From positions 32,001 through 96,000 of the forward strand of contig CAXXMD010000001.1 in the NCBI GenBank assembly GCA_963675755.2: DNA of 64,000 nucleotides, in the 5' to 3' direction. The position numbers and the translations under genes are program-made. The DNA comes from a bacterium. GTDB taxonomy: Bacteria; Zhuqueibacterota; Zhuqueibacteria; Residuimicrobiales; Krinioviventaceae. Below the pieces are notes generated by a model that saw nothing but the letters and a program-made list of their open reading frames with translations, ran no database searches and had not been told where the DNA came from. Positions 62,931-64,000 of the stretch are shown piece after piece; position 1 is the first letter of the stretch; each line of letters starts with the position of its first letter.

Positions 62931-64000
62931 ATGAGAAAAATATATTTTGGTATTTTGAGCGTTTTCGTTTTTACAGTTTGTACATTTGCACAAATTCTTG
63001 ATGTAACTACTACATATGGCGATGTTGAAGAATATAATTTATCTGATATAGATAATATTGCATTTAGTCTGGATACTACTAGTAAATCTGATACTGCACT
63101 TGAACTTTTATCTGTTCATACTAGTGGGGGATTGTACCAGATTCTGGATTCAGAAATAGACAGTATGTATTTTAATACAAACAATACTACTGTTTGCTTT
63201 CAAACTGTTGAAAAACTGGTTCAATTCGACCTGGCAGACATTGACAGTATTACCTTTAGTTCAATATCAGACTCGACGGTTTATATCGCTTTTAATAATT
63301 CGATGGTTTCCGTAATTAATACATTTGATACGGATAGCATTTCTGTTGACATATCAAAAGCAGATGTTACTGTAACGTCAACTTCTGAAACCAGTAATGT
63401 TAATTATGTATTATCAGGTGCGACTAGTGATGGTATGTTTAAAATTTACTCTGATAAAAAGATTGTCTTGACTTTGGATGGCATTGAAATTACAAATAAT
63501 GACGGTCCTGCAATTAACATTCAGACAAGTAAAAAAGTTACCGTTAATCTTGTAGATGGATCTGCTAATGTTTTGTCAGACGGCGAGAATTATTCTGATG
63601 CGGTTAATGAAGAAGACCAGGATGCTGCTTTTTTCAGTGAAGGTCAACTCATTTTTGAAGGTTCCGGTAGTCTGGAGATTAACGGATATGGAACTGATCA
63701 ACATGGTTTGGCAAGTGACGATTATATTGAGGTTAATGACGGTTCAATCACTATCAATAGCGCTGAAAAAGACGGTATTCATGTTAAAGATGGATTTTTT
63801 ATGAATGGCGGTGCTGTTGATATTTCATCCAATGGCGATGGAATTGATGGCGATGAAAATATAATCGAAATCAATGACGGTACCATCACGGTTTTAAATA
63901 ATAAAGAAGATAAAGATGCTATTAAAACAGACAGTACCATTGTTATCACCGGCGGTACAATAGAACTTGAAGTTGAAGGTGATATGGCTAAAGGATTAAC
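62931..64000 (+). CDS. Cthe_2159/DUF4353-like beta-helix carbohydrate-binding protein (partial; absent from the ORF track)
   Basis: My translation from ATG 62931 (GAGG RBS) is open to the window end: YVLSG, GPAINIQ, FSEGQLIFEGSGSL, HGLASDDYI, KDGIH, GDGIDG. Confidence 0.85.
   Translation, partial: MRKIYFGILSVFVFTVCTFAQILDVTTTYGDVEEYNLSDIDNIAFSLDTTSKSDTALELLSVHTSGGLYQILDSEIDSMYFNTNNTTVCFQTVEKLVQFDLADIDSITFSSISDSTVYIAFNNSMVSVINTFDTDSISVDISKADVTVTSTSETSNVNYVLSGATSDGMFKIYSDKKIVLTLDGIEITNNDGPAINIQTSKKVTVNLVDGSANVLSDGENYSDAVNEEDQDAAFFSEGQLIFEGSGSLEINGYGTDQHGLASDDYIEVNDGSITINSAEKDGIHVKDGFFMNGGAVDISSNGDGIDGDENIIEINDGTITVLNNKEDKDAIKTDSTIVITGGTIELEVEGDMAKGL

Noticed and set aside
423-63804. Many short antisense or off-frame ORFs in the track
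   Set aside because: They overlap well-supported genes and lack motifs or RBS; treated as shadow ORFs
1-64000. CRISPR array, tRNA/rRNA, IS element, prophage
   Set aside because: No spaced repeats, cloverleafs, transposase, integrase or phage structural genes seen; intergenic gaps are short

Overview
Bacterial chromosomal window, densely coding, with no rRNA, tRNA, CRISPR array, transposase or integrase that I can see. Secreted proteins ending in a YPNPFNP sorting domain, Tat sulfatases and many glycoside hydrolases suggest an FCB-group heterotroph, possibly KSB1/Calditrichota-like (inference). The first ~11 kb has many frameshifted genes; several breaks sit in homopolymer runs, so these are probably long-read errors rather than pseudogenes. 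Housekeeping genes (purU, trmB, glpQ, nfo, pepF, rarD) are interleaved with carbohydrate-use genes (GH28, GH29, GH33, two GH123/DUF4091-like proteins, sulfatases). Main observations: (1) a sialic/nonulosonic-acid operon (FadR-type regulator, NanM-like mutarotase fused to a sodium symporter, NanA, sialidase) whose palindromic operator recurs 16/18 upstream of two large DUF4091 hydrolases 9 kb away; (2) a 1.5-kb cassette (8-Cys secreted mini-protein plus a diverged lipoprotein paralogue) bracketed by an exact 20-bp duplication of the nfo 3' end; (3) back-to-back TGCAAC-N17-GTCT ECF promoters; (4) an AT-rich KAP NTPase islet; (5) a 1236-aa secreted protein with five copies of an unrecognised ~160-aa domain behind a sigma54-like promoter; (6) an M48 protease fused to a GspG-like tail.
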